Below, one piece after another: positions 59,707 to 64,000 of a stretch of 64,000 nucleotides of DNA. Both the position numbers and the translations under genes were made by a program. Under the pieces are notes generated by a model, which saw nothing but the letters and a program-made list of their open reading frames with translations, was not told the origin of the DNA and did no database searches. Numbering within the stretch: the stretch's first letter is position 1; each line of letters starts with the position of its first letter. Source of the DNA: Alphaproteobacteria bacterium (lineage in GTDB: Bacteria; Pseudomonadota; Alphaproteobacteria; Bin95); assembly GCA_965205265.1 (NCBI GenBank), contig CBDBGH010000003.1:1184001-1248000 (forward strand), written 5' to 3'.

Positions 59707-60588
59707 ATGGCGGTGGACCTGCTCCCCTATGACGACCGCGACGGCTTCATCTGGCTGGACGGCGCGCTGGTTCCGTGGCGCGACGCCAGGCTGCATGTCC
59801 TGAGCCACGCCCTGCATTACGCCAGCGCGGTCTTCGAAGGCGAACGGGTCTATGACGGGCATATCTTCCGTTCGCGCGCCCATACCGAGCGCCTCCACAA
59901 CTCCGCCCGGCTGATGGGCTTCGAGATACCCTGGTCGGTGGATGTGCTGGAAAGCGCCAAGCGCGAAGTGCTGCAGGCGAACGGCCTGAAGGACGCCTAT
60001 GTGCGCCCGGTGGCGTGGCGCGGCGCGGAGATGATGGGCGTGTCGGCGCAGGATGCGACGATCCACGTCGCGATCGCGGCCTGGTTCTGGGGCGCCTATT
60101 TCGGCGACGGCACGGAAATGTCGGGCATCCGCATGAAGACCGGCCGCTACCGCCGGCCGGGTCCCGAATGCGGTCCCGTGCAGGCCAAGGCGACCGGCCA
60201 CTATCTCATCTGCACGCTCAACAAGCACGAGGTCGAGGCGGCGGGCTACCACGACGCCCTGTTCCTCGACACCAACGGGTTCGTGGCGGAGGGCTCCGGG
60301 GCCAACATCTTCCTCGTCCAGGACGGCAAGCTGCACACGCCGACCCCGGACAGCTTCCTCAACGGCATCACCCGCCAGGCCGTGATCGGCTTGGCCGAGA
60401 AGCGCCAGATCCCCGTGGTCGAGCGCTCGATCCTGCCGGAAGAGTTCGCGAAGACTTCCGAGGTGTTCGTGACCGGCACCGCCGCCGAAGTGACCCCGGT
60501 TGCGGAAATCGACGATTACCGCTTCACGCCGGGCGACATCACCCGCACGCTGATGGAAGACTTCCGCGCCATCACCTCGACCGGATAA
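59707..60588 (+). CDS. ilvE: Branched-chain amino acid aminotransferase
   Basis: HALHYAS.VFEGER, AKA.G.Y, EGSGANIF, GITR and TGTAAEV motifs. Confidence 0.95.
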   Translation: MAVDLLPYDDRDGFIWLDGALVPWRDARLHVLSHALHYASAVFEGERVYDGHIFRSRAHTERLHNSARLMGFEIPWSVDVLESAKREVLQANGLKDAYVRPVAWRGAEMMGVSAQDATIHVAIAAWFWGAYFGDGTEMSGIRMKTGRYRRPGPECGPVQAKATGHYLICTLNKHEVEAAGYHDALFLDTNGFVAEGSGANIFLVQDGKLHTPTPDSFLNGITRQAVIGLAEKRQIPVVERSILPEEFAKTSEVFVTGTAAEVTPVAEIDDYRFTPGDITRTLMEDFRAITSTG

Positions 60589-60611
60589 CGAAAGCAAGAG
60601 GACTGCCACCC

Positions 60612-61814
60612 ATGCGCGATGCCTATATCTGCGACGCCGTCCGCACTCCCGTCGGCCGCCATTCGGGCGCGCTTGCCGCCGTGCGCGCGGACGATCTCGC
60701 CGCCCTGCCGCTCAAGGCGCTGATGGAGCGCAATCCGGGTCTCGACCCGGAGGCCATAGAGGACGTGATCTACGGCTGCGCCAACCAGGCGGGCGAGGAC
60801 AACCGCAATGTCGCGCGCATGGCGGTGCTGCTGGCCGGCCTGCCGCAGTCCGTGCCGGGCAGCACGGTGAACCGCCTTTGCGGCTCGTCGCTGGACGCGG
60901 TCGGCTCGGCGGCGCGCGCCGTCCGGCTCGGCGAGGCGGACCTGATGATCGCGGGCGGCGTCGAGAGCATGTCGCGCGCGCCCTATGTGGTCAGCAAGTC
61001 CGGCGCACCCTGGGGCCGGGACGTGCAGATGTTCGACACCTCCATCGGCTGGCGTTTCGTCAACCGCCGGATGGAGGAGGAGTTCGGCACGGACTCCATG
61101 CCGCAGACGGCCGAGAACCTCGCCACCGAGCGGCAGATCTCCCGCGAGGACCAGGACGCCTTCGCGGCACGCAGCCAGCAGCGCGCGGTGCGCGCCCAGG
61201 AGAACGGGCGGCTCGCGAAGGAAATTATCGCGGTGACGATCCCGCAGCGGCGCGGCGAGCCGGTGGTCGTGGACAGGGACGAGCATCCGCGCCCCGGCAC
61301 GACGGCGGAGAGCCTCGCCAAGCTGCGCTCGCTGCACAGGGACGGCACGGTGACCGCGGGCAACGCTTCGGGCGTAAACGACGGCGCGGGCGCGCTCATC
61401 GTCGCGAGCGAGGAGGCGGTGAAGCGCCACGGCCTCACGCCGCGGGCGCGGGTGCTCGGCATGGCGACCGCGGGCGTGCCGCCCAGGATCATGGGCATCG
61501 GCCCCGCGCCGGCCACGCGCAAGCTGCTGGAGCGGCTCGGCATTTCGCTCGGCGAGATCGATGTGATCGAGCTCAATGAGGCATTCGCCGCCCAGTCGCT
61601 CTCGGTTACGCGCGACCTCGGCCTGCCGGATGACGCCGAGCATGTGAACCCCAATGGCGGCGCCATCGCGCTCGGCCATCCGCTCGGCATGAGCGGCGTG
61701 CGCCTCGCCGGCGCGGCGACGCAGGAGCTCCAGGAGCGGGACGCCCGCTACGCGCTCTGCACCATGTGCATCGGCGTCGGCCAGGGTATCGCCGCGGTGC
61801 TGGAACGGGTGTAG
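60612..61814 (+). CDS. pcaF: 3-oxoadipyl-CoA thiolase (PcaF/PaaJ)
   Basis: GCANQAGEDNRNVARM, NRLCGS, NEAFA, GHPLG and MCIGVGQG motifs. Confidence 0.9.
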   Translation: MRDAYICDAVRTPVGRHSGALAAVRADDLAALPLKALMERNPGLDPEAIEDVIYGCANQAGEDNRNVARMAVLLAGLPQSVPGSTVNRLCGSSLDAVGSAARAVRLGEADLMIAGGVESMSRAPYVVSKSGAPWGRDVQMFDTSIGWRFVNRRMEEEFGTDSMPQTAENLATERQISREDQDAFAARSQQRAVRAQENGRLAKEIIAVTIPQRRGEPVVVDRDEHPRPGTTAESLAKLRSLHRDGTVTAGNASGVNDGAGALIVASEEAVKRHGLTPRARVLGMATAGVPPRIMGIGPAPATRKLLERLGISLGEIDVIELNEAFAAQSLSVTRDLGLPDDAEHVNPNGGAIALGHPLGMSGVRLAGAATQELQERDARYALCTMCIGVGQGIAAVLERV

Positions 61815-61912
61815 CCGCCGGGTTTTCCCTTTTCGCCTGCCCTCGCGGAAGCGGGGGTCATCCCGGCCGGAGCGAAGCGCCTGCCCCGCGCGCCGGTGGG
61901 AGCCTGCCCCAA

Positions 61913-62008
61913 ACCGTCACCCCGGACTTGATCCGGGGTCCATCTCGGACCCTCTGCGCCCGCCGAGAAAGCCAAGGCTGGACCCCGGATCAAGTCCGGG
62001 GTGACGGT
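61913..62008. repeat. REP-like palindromic element (variant)
   Basis: ACCGTCACCCCGGACTTGATCCGGGGTCCA ... TGGACCCCGGATCAAGTCCGGGGTGACGGT. Confidence 0.85.
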
Positions 62009-62092
62009 GTTTGACTGTCTTCGTCCCGTTTCGACACGAGAGACGCCCACCCCGATTCCTTCACGCGCTCAGAGGCGCGGCGGCATTCTCTC

Positions 62093-62125
62093 TTGACTTT
62101 ATCCCCATATATTCTATATATGTTC
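62093..62125 (+). promoter_or_regulatory. Sigma70-like promoter overlapped by an alphaproteobacterial LexA-like box
   Basis: TTGACT, 16 nt, TATATA; ATTC-TATATAT-GTTC at 62111-62125 (consensus GTTC-N7-GTTC, one mismatch). Confidence 0.55.
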
Positions 62126-62332
62126 TATCACGAAGCGGAAGGCGGAGCGAGGGATGACCTGACAAGCTATCGGAACGGGCGCATGGCGGCGTTCGTTCCG
62201 GCGCGACTTTCGAGGGGAACTGCCGGCGGCCGGGGGCCGGGCGGCAGACAGGGAAGGTGCGCGCGCCGCGAGCGCCGCGATGCGTCGGTTGGCAGGTCGG
62301 GTTGAAGCGGCGGGAACGGAAAGGAGCGGTGA

Positions 62333-62767
62333 ATGTCGGACAGGCCGGGAAACATACGGGAGAAGTCCAGGCCGGGCCTGGCGATCGGCATGGAGTTGCG
62401 GCGCCGGGCGGTGGCGGCGGTGTTGCAGGAGGGCATGAGCACGCGGGCGGCGGCCGCGCGCTTCGGGCTGAGCGCGCCGAGCGTCAGCCGCTGGGTGAAG
62501 CGTTTCCGCGAGCGCGGGCATGTGGAGCCGGACCCGCGCGGCGGCGGACGCCACTCGCCGGTGGAGGCGGAGCGCAACCGGATCGTGCGCATCCTGGAGG
62601 CCCGCCCGGAGCTTTCCAGCCGGGCGCTGGGCGAGGCGCTGGCCGCCGAGGGCGTGCGGGTCTCAGACCGGACCCTGCGCGGGTTCCTCAAGCGCCACCG
62701 CATGGAGCGCCCCCGCCGCCTCGCCGTCCGCCGCCAGCGGAAGCGCTGGAAGGCAGGCTGCGGTTAG
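62333..62767 (+). CDS. Stand-alone IS630/Tc1-type HTH protein (no DDE domain)
   Basis: ELRRRAVAAV..GMSTRAAAARFGLS.PSVSRWV.R.RE.G and GVRVS..TL..FLKRH; AAGGAG RBS. Confidence 0.75.
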   Translation: MSDRPGNIREKSRPGLAIGMELRRRAVAAVLQEGMSTRAAAARFGLSAPSVSRWVKRFRERGHVEPDPRGGGRHSPVEAERNRIVRILEARPELSSRALGEALAAEGVRVSDRTLRGFLKRHRMERPRRLAVRRQRKRWKAGCG

Positions 62768-62898
62768 GGACCGGCGGGGCAGGTCGGGCGAAGCCCGGCA
62801 AGTGCCCGCCGGCGGCGTTTACCGACCGGGCGCTCTTCGACGATAATCCATCCGGGGCGAGCGGGCCCCGCCGTGCCGTTACCGCCGCAAGGGGACCC

Positions 62899-64000
62899 AT
62901 GACCGCAACCCGCCAGCTCCGGTTAGGGGCGTTCATGCGCCCGGTGAGCATCCATACGGCATGGTGGCGCTATCCGGGCAGCGCGCCCGACGCCAACTTC
63001 AATCTCGGCCGCCTGGCCGCGTTCGCCCGGACGCTCGAACGGGGATGCTTCGATGCGTTCTTCATGGCCGACCACCTTGCGGTGCTCAACATGCCGATGG
63101 ATGCGCTCAAGCGCAGCGCCACCGTCACCTCGTTCGATCCGCTCACGCTCCTGCCCGCGCTGGCGATGGCCACCGAGCGCCTCGGCCTCATCGCCACCGC
63201 ATCGACCACGTTCGAGCCGCCCTATACGGTCGCCCGGCGGTTCGCCTCGCTCGACCACATCAGCAACGGGCGCGCAGGCTGGAACCTCGTCACGACCTCG
63301 AACCCCGACGCCGCGCTCAACTTCGGCCAGACCGAACAGATGGCGCATGCCGAGCGTTACCGCCGGGCGCGCGAATATTTCGATGTAGTGACCGGCCTGT
63401 GGGACAGCTGGGCCGACGACGCCTTCACGCACGATGTCGAAACGGGGCAGTTTTTCGATCCCGACCGGCTCCATATCCTGGACCATCGCGGCGAGTTCTT
63501 CTCCGTGCGCGGCCCGCTGAACATCGCCCGCCCGGTGCAGGGCTGGCCGCTGATCGTGCAGGCCGGCGCATCGGAGGCCGGCCGGCAGCTCGCAGCCGAA
63601 ACCGCGGAGATGGTGTTTACCGGACAAGGCACGCTGGCCGAGGGTCAGCGCTTCTACGCCGATGTGAAGGGCCGGATGGAGCGCATCGGGCGCGATCCCG
63701 ACCACATGAAGATACTGCCCGGGGTCCTGGTCGTCGTCGGGGACAGTGTCGAGGAAGCGCGCGAGAAGCGGGCGCATCTCGACAGCCTGGTCAACGATGA
63801 CAGCGCGATCGCGAGCCTGTCCATTGCGCTCGGGCACGACGCTTCGACCTTCGACCCCGACGCACCGTTGCCCGAGGTGCCCGAGAGCAATGCGAGCAAG
63901 AGCGGCCGGGAACGGGCCATCGCGCTTGCGCGGCGCGAAGGGCTGACCGTGCGCGAGCTCGCGCGCCGTCTCGGGGGCTATTCGGGGCTCGCCATGGTCG
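62899..64000 (+). CDS. NtaA/DmoA/SnaA-family FMNH2-dependent monooxygenase (LLM class), truncated by the window end
   Basis: MTATRQLRLGAFM...FDAFFMAD, FDPLTLL, VARRFASLDHISNGRAGWNLVTT and QAGAS..GR; absent from the ORF track because there is no stop in the window. Confidence 0.93.
   Translation, partial: MTATRQLRLGAFMRPVSIHTAWWRYPGSAPDANFNLGRLAAFARTLERGCFDAFFMADHLAVLNMPMDALKRSATVTSFDPLTLLPALAMATERLGLIATASTTFEPPYTVARRFASLDHISNGRAGWNLVTTSNPDAALNFGQTEQMAHAERYRRAREYFDVVTGLWDSWADDAFTHDVETGQFFDPDRLHILDHRGEFFSVRGPLNIARPVQGWPLIVQAGASEAGRQLAAETAEMVFTGQGTLAEGQRFYADVKGRMERIGRDPDHMKILPGVLVVVGDSVEEAREKRAHLDSLVNDDSAIASLSIALGHDASTFDPDAPLPEVPESNASKSGRERAIALARREGLTVRELARRLGGYSGLAMV

Overview
High-GC bacterial chromosomal segment. 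Gene content (yajC-secD-secF-Mth938, serS-pcm-nlpD, intracellular phaZ, ompR/envZ next to ilvE, GTCA-type REP hairpins) points to an alphaproteobacterium; this is inference. Most of the window is catabolic and housekeeping genes: CoA enzymes, SDRs, 2OG/Fe dioxygenases, TPP enzymes and a haloalkane dehalogenase. Accessory DNA includes a complete IS21 that splits an FAD-oxidoreductase gene (6-bp TSD), an ISKra4-like IS with a probable -1 frameshift, a hicAB module, two MITEs with clear TIR and TSD, REP hairpins, a probable group II intron 5' remnant and a low-GC XRE gene. Four signals stand out. (1) Two adjacent ORFs at 9225-10436 form one PrdB/GrdB-like selenoprotein (in-frame UGA in a UxxC motif plus a SECIS-like hairpin) with an extra C-terminal domain and no partner genes nearby. 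(2) A ~700-900-bp element occurs twice in inverted orientation (21008-21930 and 39563-40277). Each copy starts just after a sigma70-like promoter and has a conserved multi-stem 5' domain, 10-bp-phased direct repeats and a variable middle; it is a candidate multicopy structured RNA or non-autonomous element. (3) A stand-alone IS630-type HTH gene sits under a LexA-like box with a long structured leader. (4) An XRE protein ending in an SSB-like DIPF tail lies behind an 11-bp-phased repeat array. All calls are by eye; no database searches were run.
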